Shown piece by piece: positions 36,709-46,923 of a DNA stretch of 64,000 bases. A program made the translations under genes and the position numbers. Position 1 is the stretch's first letter; every line of letters begins with the position of its first letter. Source of the DNA: Candidatus Latescibacterota bacterium (lineage in GTDB: Bacteria > Latescibacterota > UBA2968 > UBA8231); contig OY730476.1 of NCBI GenBank assembly GCA_963422735.1, positions 1,568,001 through 1,632,000 on the forward strand, written 5' to 3'. The notes under the pieces are model-generated. The model saw only the letters and a program-made list of their open reading frames with translations. It was not told the origin of the DNA and searched no databases.

Positions 36709-39576
36709 TCATTTTTTATAAGCCCCTTCTTCTCCCGGCTCGCCTGACTCCTCTGGATAGAGCACTACCCGCACGTAGCGGTCCATATTGAAATACTTCT
36801 GCGCCGCCTGCTGCACCGCCTCCCCCGTCAGCGAATCGACCAACGCTGGATACTGAATCAGCAGCCTCGGATCGACCCCGTTGAAGTCGAGCGCCTCCAA
36901 AGACCCAGCCCAGAAGCTGTTCTCCTTGAGGTCGGTCTCGCGCTGGCGCTTGCGCATTTCCTTGACCTTATCGACATAGAGGTCGGTAGTGCCGACGGTT
37001 TTTAGGCTGTCGATCTGCTCAAAGACCACCTGAGTCAGCTCTTCGACGCGCCCGGGATCGCTGCCAAAGGTGATGGAAATGCGGTATTCCTCATCTGGGT
37101 AGCGCGCGCCGCTGCTGCTGACCCATACCCCATAGGTGCCGCCCAAATCCTCGCGCAACACCTCGCGCAGCTTGATCTGCAGCACGGAGGTCATGGCCCT
37201 GAGTTCGAGGTTGTTTTTCCAGCCGTCGTATTCAAAAGGACCAGTGAAAATCAGCCGCGATTGGCTCTTGGGTTCGATGCCGCGATAGACCGCTTTGTCG
37301 ATCACGCCCTCCGGGGCCTCAATGCCGACATCGCGCCAAGTCTCCTCCCGTCCCGTAGTCGGCAAACCGCCCAAATAGGTGCACACCAGCGGCTCCATCT
37401 CGTCGAGGGTGAAATTGCCGACAAAGAAAAACGAGAAGTCGCCGACATCGGCAAAGCGATCTTGGTACACGGCCATGGACGTGGCCAAGTCCATCTCGTC
37501 GAGCAACTCCAGCGACCAAGGACGCGCCCGGTGGTGATACTGCGCCATGGTGACCGCAATGGTGTCGCCGAAAGCCGTCTCCGGGCGCACACTGCGATTC
37601 TGGATGGAGCCTCTCATGCGCGTCTGATAGGCTTGGAAGGCCGTGCTGTCCTGTCGCGGCGCGGTGAAGAAGGCGTAGATCAGCTCGAACAGGGTCTGGA
37701 TATCTTCGGGCGAGGCCGAGCCAGAAATGCCCTCCCGCAAGCTGCTGATCCACGGCGATACTCGCACCACTTTGCCGGCCAGTTTCTTCTCCAGTGCGAT
37801 CTTGTCAAACGGCCCGACGCCGCCTTCGCTCACCACGGCGGTCGCCGTCGAGGCCGCCACGTAGTCCGCGTCGGGGACCAACGAATGCCCGCCGGGGCTA
37901 TAGGCCCGGAAGAGGATCTCATCGTTTTTGAAGTCCGTTGGTTTCAGGCACACTCGGATGCCATTGGCGAGGGTCCACCAAGTCGCGCCGATCTCGGGGA
38001 TTTGGCTGCGTTCGACGACTTCAGCCGGAGCTGGCACTTGCGCCACCAGCGGCTCGTCGGACACCTCGTCGGCGTATGGCGCGATTTCCTGCTGCGCCAC
38101 CTCGGCGAAGATCGCCAGCATATCTTGCTCGCTGGGCACGGCAATGTCCTCTTGCTCGGGTGCCTCTACGGCGATCACCCGGTTCTTTTCGCTCGTCCAC
38201 TCGCTGGCCAGCGCATTGACCTCCTCCAGAGCAATGCCGGGGACCAACTCTTGGTAGAGTTCGTACTCCTTGGCAATGCCGGGGATGGCCTCGTCGGTCA
38301 GCAGGTGGCGCACGTATTCGGCGGCAAAACCGCTCGACTGCTGCTTGTCGCGCTCGCGGTAGGACTGCTCCATGCCGCGCAGCATTTCCTTTTTCTCGCG
38401 CTCCAGCTCAGAGGCAGTAAAGCCGTATTCTCGCACTCGAGCCGCTTCAATCAACAGGGCATCAAGCCCGGCGTCGAAACCGTTGTTTTGCACCCCAGCG
38501 CCGAGGATGAAGAACTCCTTGGAGCGCAGCCAGCGTCCCTGGCCCGAATAAGCACCCAAAAAGGGCGGCTCGGGCCGCTTGGTCAGTTCGTGCAGCCGCT
38601 GGTTGAACATCCGGTGATATAGGGCCTCAATCAGCGAGCGGCGGTAGGTGCTCACCGTTCCTTGGGGCCGCACATCCATTTTGTAGTAGATGCTGACGCT
38701 GTTGTACGTGGCTTCTGGATCGGTGGCAATGGCGAAGAGCGTCTCCTCGTGGTCGGGCACGGGGAACACCGTGCGTTCGCCGGGGCTTGCTGCCGCCGGG
38801 ATGCGCGCAAAATACTCCTGCACTAGCGCCTCTATTGCCGCTGGCTCAATGTCGCCGACGGCCACAAAACCCATCAGATCGGGCCGGTACCAAGTGCGGT
38901 AAAAGCGGCGTAGAGCCTCGTGTTGAAAGGTGTCGAGCACGGCCTTCTGGCCGATGGGCAAGCGCACGGCGTAGCGCGAATCTTTTAGGAGGATGGGCAA
39001 TTGCTGGTCGAACATGCGCTGCTGAGCACCGCGCCTCAGCCGCCACTCTTCGATGACTACGCCCCGTTCCTTGTCGATCTCCTCGGTCTCAAAGCTGATC
39101 TGGTGCGCCCAATCCTCCAAAATTTGGAAGGCTGTCTGCACCACCTCGGCGCTGTCGGTGGGTACCGTCAGCATGTACACTGTTTCGTCGAAGCTGGTGT
39201 ACGCATTGAGGTCCGGCCCAAAGCGCATGCCGATTAGCTCCAGATAGTCCACCAACTCCTGCTTGGCAAAGTTTTTGGTGCCATTGAAGGCCATGTGCTC
39301 GGCAAAGTGCGCCAGCCCCTGCTGATTCTCGTCCTCCAAAACCGAGCCTACATCAACCACCAGCCGCAGTTCGACCCGGTTTTCGGGCTTCTGATTTTTG
39401 CGGATGACGTAGCGCAGGCCGTTGTCTAGCTGGCCGACGGTCACCAGCGAATCAATGGGCAGCTTTTCCTCGATCGTCTCCTCCACCGCGGCTTGCTGCA
39501 TGGGCGTTGGCGATGTGCTGGCGCAGGCGCACAGCAGCATTGGAAACACAACGAACAGCATCAAAACTCGTCTCAT
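36709..39576 (-). CDS. M16 family zinc peptidase (PqqL/insulinase-like) lipoprotein
   Basis: GLAHFAEHMAFNG (HxxEH), NAYTSFDETVY, lipobox-like LCAC. Confidence 0.95.
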   Translation of the reverse strand: MRRVLMLFVVFPMLLCACASTSPTPMQQAAVEETIEEKLPIDSLVTVGQLDNGLRYVIRKNQKPENRVELRLVVDVGSVLEDENQQGLAHFAEHMAFNGTKNFAKQELVDYLELIGMRFGPDLNAYTSFDETVYMLTVPTDSAEVVQTAFQILEDWAHQISFETEEIDKERGVVIEEWRLRRGAQQRMFDQQLPILLKDSRYAVRLPIGQKAVLDTFQHEALRRFYRTWYRPDLMGFVAVGDIEPAAIEALVQEYFARIPAAASPGERTVFPVPDHEETLFAIATDPEATYNSVSIYYKMDVRPQGTVSTYRRSLIEALYHRMFNQRLHELTKRPEPPFLGAYSGQGRWLRSKEFFILGAGVQNNGFDAGLDALLIEAARVREYGFTASELEREKKEMLRGMEQSYRERDKQQSSGFAAEYVRHLLTDEAIPGIAKEYELYQELVPGIALEEVNALASEWTSEKNRVIAVEAPEQEDIAVPSEQDMLAIFAEVAQQEIAPYADEVSDEPLVAQVPAPAEVVERSQIPEIGATWWTLANGIRVCLKPTDFKNDEILFRAYSPGGHSLVPDADYVAASTATAVVSEGGVGPFDKIALEKKLAGKVVRVSPWISSLREGISGSASPEDIQTLFELIYAFFTAPRQDSTAFQAYQTRMRGSIQNRSVRPETAFGDTIAVTMAQYHHRARPWSLELLDEMDLATSMAVYQDRFADVGDFSFFFVGNFTLDEMEPLVCTYLGGLPTTGREETWRDVGIEAPEGVIDKAVYRGIEPKSQSRLIFTGPFEYDGWKNNLELRAMTSVLQIKLREVLREDLGGTYGVWVSSSGARYPDEEYRISITFGSDPGRVEELTQVVFEQIDSLKTVGTTDLYVDKVKEMRKRQRETDLKENSFWAGSLEALDFNGVDPRLLIQYPALVDSLTGEAVQQAAQKYFNMDRYVRVVLYPEESGEPGEEGAYKK

Positions 39577-39619
39577 CTAAGACTCCTGTTTTAAGTGGTT
39601 AATAGCCGATTAATCCACT

Positions 39620-39946
39620 TCAATTAGCGGTTCGCTCTAGGATGGAAATTTTCGCTTTGGGATGCGTACGGAGGATGCCGTGCATCCCCTGAACGGTGCG
39701 TCGATCCACTTCTCGGGCGTAAACTTGGTCCCAGAACGCTGCATTCTCTTGCTGCTCTTTGCTCAGATCTTCGAGGTATATTTCGTCTTCTTCTGCCGAA
39801 AATAGCAAATCAAAGACCTGATCGGGTACAGCGTATCGTTCAAAACGGCTGTTCAGTGCTTCATCGACAATGGCGGTATGGTTTTCTTGGTCGAGGCATG
39901 CATCATATAATTTCGCTCTTGTATAAGAATAGTGCCAGACCACCAA
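39620..39946 (-). CDS. Hypothetical protein or 5'-truncated gene remnant
   Basis: 108-aa acidic ORF in an AT-richer stretch, TTG start with no RBS. Confidence 0.4.
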   Translation of the reverse strand: MVVWHYSYTRAKLYDACLDQENHTAIVDEALNSRFERYAVPDQVFDLLFSAEEDEIYLEDLSKEQQENAAFWDQVYAREVDRRTVQGMHGILRTHPKAKISILERTAN

Positions 39947-39952
39947 GGCATC

Positions 39953-41443
39953 TCATTTGACGCTTGACGCTACTGGCGCAGAAGAGGGGCCACTGACAAA
40001 CGCCGCGCTCGCTTCGGCAATGGAGCCAAACGCGCCGTCGGCCACGGCGGCGCACAGCGCAGCACCAACGGCCGCCTCTTCGCCGTGCGAGCCTACGTGC
40101 AGCGGCATAGCAAACTCAGCCTCCAACGCCGCCCGCAGCACGGGATTCAGCTCGACGCCGTTGCCCGCGCCAACCAGCTTGGAGCGCACACCCGCGCCCA
40201 GCCTGATGGCCGCGCGATACGAGTCGGCCAGTTCGGCGGCCATGCCTTCCAGCAGCGCACGCGTTAAATGCCCGGCAGTCAGCGTCGCAGCGGTCAGCTC
40301 GCGGAAGGCAGCTTTGGCGCGTGGCCTGCTGCGCGACCCGGAAAACAGCGGGTCGGCGCGCACGCCCTCGGCCCCGGCCGGCACGTCGGCCGCTAAGGCT
40401 ACGAGCCGCTCGTAGAGGGCCTCGCTGTCGGGTTGGATATCGGCGAGGACATAGAGGGTGTCGGCGAAGAAGTCGCGCAAGGTTCTGAACGTCCGTCCGC
40501 CAACGGCCCCCACGCCGGCGAGCAGATAGCCGCGCTGCATATAGGGACGGAGTTCGAGCCAGCCGCACGGCAATGGAGCTTCGATGTGCAGTGCGGCTTG
40601 CCCGCCGGTGCCGACATTGACGGCCACGGTGTTGGCGCAATCGGCGACCGTGCCGGCAAAGCTGCACTGGTGATCGCCGGATGCCACGGCGACAGGCAGC
40701 CCCGCTGGAACGCCGAGCTTGTGGGCCATCGCTGCGGTTAGGGAGCCGGCCATGGTACACGATGAGACGAGATCGGGAAACAGCGACTGGTCCAGGCCGA
40801 GCGCGGCGATAAGCTCGTCCGCCCAGCCGCGCTGGGCCACGTCATAGACGCCCCAGCCGAGCGCATCTGTGGGATCGACAACCGGTCGTTTGCCCACCAA
40901 GCGCGACACCACAAACTCAGGGGCCGTTGTGCCGCTGACGCCGCTGGGAAGCTGATGGTTGGCTTGCAGCCAAAACAGGTGCGGCGCAGCATGGCCAGCC
41001 ACGAGGGGGCAGCCGGTATGGGCAAAGGCGAGCAGCTCTCCCTCGGCGGCGGTAGCACCCCCGCGCTGGGCCATGGCGTCGAGGTAAGTGTGCCGATGAT
41101 CCGGTAGAGGGTCTTGGGCACGTTGGTCCTGCCAAGAGAAAAAAGGACCTACGGCATTGAGCGCGGCGTCGAGGAGCTGCAGGCCCTGTTGCTGCCCGGT
41201 GACGCCGATGGCCGCTGGCCGGGCGCTGGTGCGGGCTACGAGTGCGGCGGCGTTGTCAATGGCTAGCTCGGTCATCGCGTCGAGGTCCCACTCCGAGCGG
41301 CTGATTCGCTTGTCCGCTGCGGAGGTTACTTCGGATAAATTGGCCGTACTGGCTGCGCCGACGACGGCGTTGGTGTCGAGGTCAATGACGATGGCGACGA
41401 CGGTCGTAGAGCCGATGTCTAGCGCGAGATAGTGCATTGACAT
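39953..41443 (-). CDS. FGGY-family carbohydrate kinase (sedoheptulokinase/xylulokinase-like)
   Basis: LALDIGSTT, IGVTGQQQG, SWQDQRA, SGDHQCS, VNVGTGGQ, EEAAVGAAL. Confidence 0.9.
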   Translation of the reverse strand: MSMHYLALDIGSTTVVAIVIDLDTNAVVGAASTANLSEVTSAADKRISRSEWDLDAMTELAIDNAAALVARTSARPAAIGVTGQQQGLQLLDAALNAVGPFFSWQDQRAQDPLPDHRHTYLDAMAQRGGATAAEGELLAFAHTGCPLVAGHAAPHLFWLQANHQLPSGVSGTTAPEFVVSRLVGKRPVVDPTDALGWGVYDVAQRGWADELIAALGLDQSLFPDLVSSCTMAGSLTAAMAHKLGVPAGLPVAVASGDHQCSFAGTVADCANTVAVNVGTGGQAALHIEAPLPCGWLELRPYMQRGYLLAGVGAVGGRTFRTLRDFFADTLYVLADIQPDSEALYERLVALAADVPAGAEGVRADPLFSGSRSRPRAKAAFRELTAATLTAGHLTRALLEGMAAELADSYRAAIRLGAGVRSKLVGAGNGVELNPVLRAALEAEFAMPLHVGSHGEEAAVGAALCAAVADGAFGSIAEASAAFVSGPSSAPVASSVK

Positions 41444-41447
41444 GAGA

Positions 41448-42467
41448 TTAAGAAAGGCGCGACCAGTCGAAGACCACGCCGAGGTATTCCTCTTTATTGG
41501 CGGTAAGTCCCTCGTACATCTGCTGACAGTCTGCCGGGGACGCTAGGTGCGTGAGCAGGGGTTCGACGACGAGCTGGCCGCCGGCGATCCACGCGGCGAT
41601 CTGGCGATAATTCGCGTCGAGATCGCGGCAGCGCTCGGTGGCGTGCTGCGGCCAGCGCCACTCGAGAGCGCCGATCATGCGAATCGCTTCTAGGTGAATG
41701 TGCAGCAGCATGGGCGTCACATCGAAGTGGGCCGGGGCGCGCGGACTGCCGAGGAGGATGAGTTCGCCGTGGCGGGCAATGCACATCGCGGTCTGGGCGA
41801 TGACTTCGCTGATGCCAATGGCCTCGACGCCGATGTGCGCACCGGTGCCGCCGGTCCAGTCGCGCACCACTTTTTCCAGATCGTCGCGGCCGGGATTGAC
41901 CGTGTGCTCAATGCCGCAGGCTTGCGCTTGGCGCAGGCGTAGCTCGGACAAATCTGCGAGCATGACGTCGGCACCGGCTAGGCGGAAGAGCTGGGCGGCG
42001 AAGTTGCCCACTAGGCCGCCGCCGACTATGAGCACGGTGTCTCCAGGCTGAACGCTAGAAGAGCGCAAAGCCGAGATGCTGACGCCGGCCATGCGAGCAA
42101 ACGCGAGGTGCTGGCCGGAGGCCTCGCGCGAGACGGGCAGCACCATGCGCTGTGCATCCGCCTTGACAATGGAAGCGTGGCGGGCAAAGGACAGCACGCG
42201 GTCGCCCGGTTGTATGCCGGTGACTGCGTCGCCGACTATGAGCACTTGACCGAGGTTGCCGTACCCGGTGTGGCGGGGATACTGGCCAGCGTCGCCAAAA
42301 GGCATCTGCTTGACGAGGCCGGTAAAGCCCGCGCCTTCGGTGCCGGCGCTGACGATGGAGTATTCGGTCTCTATCAGTACTTCCGAGGGATGCAGGCGGT
42401 CGTCGAGTTCGGTCTTGGCGACTTCAATCCGCCCCGGCTCTACGACGGTGAGTCCATGGATTAGCAC
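41448..42467 (-). CDS. MDR-superfamily (zinc-binding alcohol dehydrogenase-like) oxidoreductase
   Basis: GTG 42467 after AAGGAGG, SAGTE, GYGNLG.V, Rossmann GGGLVG. Confidence 0.88.
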   Translation of the reverse strand: MLIHGLTVVEPGRIEVAKTELDDRLHPSEVLIETEYSIVSAGTEGAGFTGLVKQMPFGDAGQYPRHTGYGNLGQVLIVGDAVTGIQPGDRVLSFARHASIVKADAQRMVLPVSREASGQHLAFARMAGVSISALRSSSVQPGDTVLIVGGGLVGNFAAQLFRLAGADVMLADLSELRLRQAQACGIEHTVNPGRDDLEKVVRDWTGGTGAHIGVEAIGISEVIAQTAMCIARHGELILLGSPRAPAHFDVTPMLLHIHLEAIRMIGALEWRWPQHATERCRDLDANYRQIAAWIAGGQLVVEPLLTHLASPADCQQMYEGLTANKEEYLGVVFDWSRLS

Positions 42468-42569
42468 GCCGATCAATCCTCCTTGAACGGGCCGCAGTGG
42501 AAGCAAGTGAGAAGTATAAAGGGCCTTTAGGGGAGCAGCGTCAAGCCGTGCAGCGGCGGTGAAAGCTGC

Positions 42570-42599
42570 TTGACGAAAAATGCCGACCTTTTCTATTTT
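42570..42599 (+). promoter_or_regulatory. Putative sigma70 promoter for mltF
   Basis: TTGACG-N18-TATTTT upstream of an AAAGGAGG RBS. Confidence 0.45.
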
Positions 42600-42670
42600 T
42601 ATCATTTTTTAGAGACTAAGACACCGCTGAGGCCCGGCCGAGCAGGCTGTTAGAAAGGAGGCGCATCGCG

Positions 42671-44767
42671 TTGTTTTGCACCCGAACGCTTCTTCCCACA
42701 GGACTTATTGCTCTTTCTGTCTTTGTGCAATGTAGCCGGTCGGCGACCCCGGCGACCCCACCGCCGCCCAAATACACCGGCGATCTGCCGGTGTTGCGAT
42801 CTCACGGCAAGTTGCGCGTCATAGTCCCCCCAGAGCCGATTGCTCACATACCCAAGTCCGCAGAACCGGTGACGATTGACTACGACCTCGCCTACGGCTT
42901 GGCCGAGGTGCTCAAGCTGGAGCTCATGCTGGTAAAGGCTGAAGATTATGCCCAGATGGTACAGAAACTACTAGAAGGCGAGGGCGACATCGTCGCTGCT
43001 AGCCTGACGATTACGCCAGCGCGACAGAAGCAAGCGGCGTTTTCCGTGCCGTATCTCTATGTGGATGAATATCTGATTACCGCGGCCGGCGACAGTCTGC
43101 CGATGGCGATTGAGGACTTGGCCGGCATGAAAATCGGCGTCCGGCACTCCAGCTCTCACTATCAGACCCTGTTGGATATTCAGCAACAGGTACCGTCGTT
43201 GCACATAGATGCCGCGCCGGAAAAGCTCGGGCTCGAACATCTCCTCGACGGCATTGTCCGCGGCGAATACCAAGCGACCGTAGCCGACGAGCATTTGTGG
43301 CGGGTGGTGGAAAGCTATTACGACAGCATGGTCACGCCGCTAATAGTGGCCGAAAACCGCCCGATTGCCCTAATGATGCGGCCCGATGATGTGCAGCTCA
43401 AGACCAAGGTCAATGAATATCTGATCGCCCAGCAGTTTACGCGCCAGTCCCAGCAGGCCTTCACCGACGACCTGCCCGGCTTAAAAGAGCGTCAGCGGCT
43501 GCGCATGATCACGCGCAATAATGCGATGACCTATTTCATCCACCGCGGCCGGCAGGTGGGCTTTGAATACGAGCTTATCAAGGGATTCGCCGACCGGCAC
43601 GACCTGCGGCTCGATATTGTCATTCCGGAAAGCCACGCCGACCTGCTGTCGCATTTGAACGAAGGCAAAGGCGACCTCGTAGCCGTGGCAATGACCATTA
43701 CCGAGGAGCGACGGGCACAGGCGGCATTTACCCTGCCCTATAACGAGGTAGAAGAGCTCGTGGTCGTGCGTGCGGAGGAGGATTCGATTGCCAGCGTCCA
43801 AGACTTGGCCGGACGCACGGTCCACGTGCGCCCAAGCTCTTCTTTTTACGCCACCCTGATGGCCCTCGCCGATTCCATAGAGGGTTTGCAGATCGCGCTA
43901 CTACCCGACTCCCTCGAAACCGAAGACATCCTAGCCGGCGTCGAGGAGGGGCGCTACGACATTACTCTGTGCGACTCCAATCTGCTCGACGTGGAACTTG
44001 CCTACGGACGCCAGCTAAAGGCGGCCTTTAGCATCAAGCCGACGTCTTTGGGATGGGCGGTGCGCGAGGACAATCCGGCCTTATTGGCGGCGCTTAACCA
44101 GTATATAAAAAAAGAAAAAGGTGGCTTGTTTTTTAACATGATGAAGAAGCGATACTTCAAAAACAAGCGCACCATCGCCAAGGCGAAGGACTCGCTGCGG
44201 GTCGATTTGAGCGGTCGCCTGTCGCCCTATGATGAGTTAGTAAAAAAATACGCCCAACAGTACGGTCAGGATTGGCGGTTGATTACCGCGCAGATGTACC
44301 AGGAATCCAAATTCGATCCCGAGGCCACCAGTTGGGTCGGCGCTCGCGGGCTGATGCAGATCATGCCGGGCACCGGGCACGAGTTGGGATTTACCGATCT
44401 GCACGACCCTGAAAAGAATATTCACGCGGGGGTGAAGTACATGTACCAACTGCTCAACCGCTTCGATTCAAAAATCCCCATGGATGAGCGGATGCGCTTT
44501 GCGCTGGCCGCCTACAATGTCGGGTACGGGCACGTGCTTGACGCGCGCCGCCTAGCCCGCGAAAAAGGGTGGAATCCCGACAGGTGGTTTGGCCATGTGG
44601 AACAGGCAATGCGGCTGCTGGCCAAGCCGGCCTACTACAAGCGAGCGCGCTACGGCTTCTGTCGCGGCGGACAGCCCGTGCATTACGTGAGCAACATTCA
44701 GAATAGGTACGACGCCTATGTCGGGATGCTGACTTTGGCGCAGCGGGACAGCCAAACGCGCATCTGA
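42671..44767 (+). CDS. mltF: Membrane-bound lytic murein transglycosylase F with tandem SBP_bac_3 domains
   Basis: Two family-3 substrate-binding modules, then SLT motifs YQESKF, GARGLMQIMP, ALAAYNVG. Confidence 0.9.
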   Translation: MFCTRTLLPTGLIALSVFVQCSRSATPATPPPPKYTGDLPVLRSHGKLRVIVPPEPIAHIPKSAEPVTIDYDLAYGLAEVLKLELMLVKAEDYAQMVQKLLEGEGDIVAASLTITPARQKQAAFSVPYLYVDEYLITAAGDSLPMAIEDLAGMKIGVRHSSSHYQTLLDIQQQVPSLHIDAAPEKLGLEHLLDGIVRGEYQATVADEHLWRVVESYYDSMVTPLIVAENRPIALMMRPDDVQLKTKVNEYLIAQQFTRQSQQAFTDDLPGLKERQRLRMITRNNAMTYFIHRGRQVGFEYELIKGFADRHDLRLDIVIPESHADLLSHLNEGKGDLVAVAMTITEERRAQAAFTLPYNEVEELVVVRAEEDSIASVQDLAGRTVHVRPSSSFYATLMALADSIEGLQIALLPDSLETEDILAGVEEGRYDITLCDSNLLDVELAYGRQLKAAFSIKPTSLGWAVREDNPALLAALNQYIKKEKGGLFFNMMKKRYFKNKRTIAKAKDSLRVDLSGRLSPYDELVKKYAQQYGQDWRLITAQMYQESKFDPEATSWVGARGLMQIMPGTGHELGFTDLHDPEKNIHAGVKYMYQLLNRFDSKIPMDERMRFALAAYNVGYGHVLDARRLAREKGWNPDRWFGHVEQAMRLLAKPAYYKRARYGFCRGGQPVHYVSNIQNRYDAYVGMLTLAQRDSQTRI

Positions 44768-45030
44768 GCTGGTGGGCTGCTACTTGGCCTCGCAGATGGC
44801 AAGAAGCCCGTGGCATTCCGATGCTGATAGCGTGCGCCGTCAGGTGGTTTACCGCATGCGCGACCCCGTATCCCGCACTCGTCGTATTTCCCCTCTCTCA
44901 CCAGCTTAGCAATTATCCGCTGCGGCGGCTCTGATTCCATTTTACATAGCTGAGGCCGTCACCTTTTGCGTCGCGGTCGGCCCGGATTGGGCGCGGACAA
45001 AACAGGCCAGCAGTGCGCTATACTTGGTGC

Positions 45031-45320
45031 GGCAACCCCACCAACCTTTACCCGCGTCCTAACACCCTCGCCGGCAGATGCGTAGCCAGCTCCGGCACGA
45101 ACCACAGCCCCACCAACAGCAGCACCTGAATCGCGATAAAGGGCACGACTCCCCGATAGATATGTTGAACTGCCCTTTGGCCAGCGCCAAGAGCATGGCC
45201 CCCACCGCGCCAACCGAAGCCGCCTCAGTCGGCGTAGCCACCCCGAAGAGGATGGAGCCGAGCCACCCCACAGATGAGGACTAGGGGCGGCACGAGCGCT
45301 GCGCCGAGGCGGCGGATGAA
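45031..45320 (-). repeat. Decayed duplicate of the dctM 3' region
   Basis: 45031-45161 matches 49993-50123 and 45164-45320 matches 50526-~50683. About 400 bp between them is deleted, with scattered substitutions. Confidence 0.92.
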
Positions 45321-45362
45321 GTGAACGGAACCCGGTCCGCACCTAGGAAGGAGATGGGGACA

Positions 45363-46874
45363 GTGAATAAAAACATCTCGAGATATCTATTACCGGCTGT
45401 GCTGATTTCGGCTATGGCAAGTGCCGACACGCCAGCATCGTACGATCTGATGGCAGGAGCGTGTTTGTGGCCCTTAAGATCAGGGACGATATCTCTGTCT
45501 TAGGAGAGGCTGGCTTCTCGCGTACTTGGAACGACGATGCTGTAGAGGTCTACTTCGCCTCGGACCCTCTGACCTCCGGCGACAAATACGAGTCCAATGA
45601 TGGACAAGTGCGCATTTCATCGCATGATGGGCAGACCGCAAGCCTTGAGGGTGCGGTGGCTATTTTCGGCACACCAACACAATTGCCCTTTCTGTGGGAC
45701 GTGTTGGGAGTCCGGGCGGCCTTCTTGCGAGAAGGCGAGGTGACGAGCTACGAGGTTGAGCTGCCATCCCAAGTGTTAGGCAGGCCATGGCTTCCAAGCG
45801 GCGTAACTATAGGTCTGAATGTCAAGGTCACGGATGACGATGACGGGGGGGGGCTAGACCATGTGCTGAGTTGGATGCCAGACGAGAAGAGTAACAGTTG
45901 GATCGCCACAGACGGCTTCGCAGAAGTGCAATTCTCAGGCAATGTCTCCTCGGTGGACGAGGGTGAGGCACAGATGACGGAAGCTAGAGCGACAGAAGTC
46001 GCTATAGCTGAGAAAGCCATCGGAGCCCTCCGGTCCTATCAGGACGGTCGCCTTTCGCAAGCCTATACGGAGTTCTCAGAGATCCGTGCGGAAGGCACTG
46101 TCGCAGAGCAGGCGCTGAGCATCTTTGTTCTAGCTGAGATCGCAGAAGCGCGGGGCCACAGCGACAAGAAGGCCGAGTTGCTTGAAGATCTGATACAGCT
46201 TCGCCTCGGCCCGGGATGGTCTTCGTGGAGGGCGTCGTATGCCCTGTGGGAGCTAGGTTGGGCATACGTTGACATGGGCGAGCCTAGCAGGGCTAGAAGC
46301 ACCTTCACGGAGGGCCGTGACGTCGTGGCTGGTATTCTTGGAAGCGGAGTATTACTTCCACAGAGCACTCTCCTATTGCTTGCCGGTCGAGGGAGGAAGC
46401 ACCAACGATCAAGATCGCTATTCAAGTGAGGTGGTTCCGGTGCTCGAAGCGAAGGCGCGGAGCCGCAGCCCTCGGGCCTTCGCCGCGGCGAAGGTTCTGG
46501 CGCGCCATTATTTAGATAGCGAGCAATATGAGGATGCAGTGAGAGTTGCTGATATAGGGCTCGGAATTGATCCGCTGTATGATGGAACGCGGCTAGTCAG
46601 AGCGCACGCCTACGAACGCAGCGGAGACTACGAGAGCGCAATGGAGGACTTCCGCTTCGTCCACGAACAGGGAATGGATCCCGTCAAACGAGGATCCGCT
46701 ACCCTTGGAATTGCGAGGTGCCTAGCGGCAGCGGGCGACTGGTCTGGCGTTACGACCCTATTCAATAGCAACACGGGTCAATTCACGACCGCAGATCAGC
46801 AGATAAGTGCGGAAAGTCTTCTTCAGCGAGCCACAGCCGGTGGTAGGAGCGGCGGATGGTGGATCACCGAATGA
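45363..46874 (+). pseudogene. Secreted CBM9-like + TPR protein, two frameshifts
   Basis: Signal peptide in 45321-45503, CBM9-like motifs (VFVALKIRDD, DAVEVYF, IGLNVKVTDDDDG) in 45461-46429, TPRs continue in 46269-46874. Confidence 0.7.
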
Positions 46875-46923
46875 GGCACACACTGGATACTCACTCAGAC
46901 CATGGAATAGGAGGAAAAGGCAA

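Noticed and set aside
37261-38622. 453-aa plus-strand ORF and the many similar long antisense ORFs
   Set aside because: Antisense shadows of well-supported genes, expected at high GC, with no motifs.
44716-44940. 74-aa minus ORF whose start (RIIAKLVREG) faintly recalls HicA toxins
   Set aside because: No GSH motif and no hicB partner, so too weak to call.
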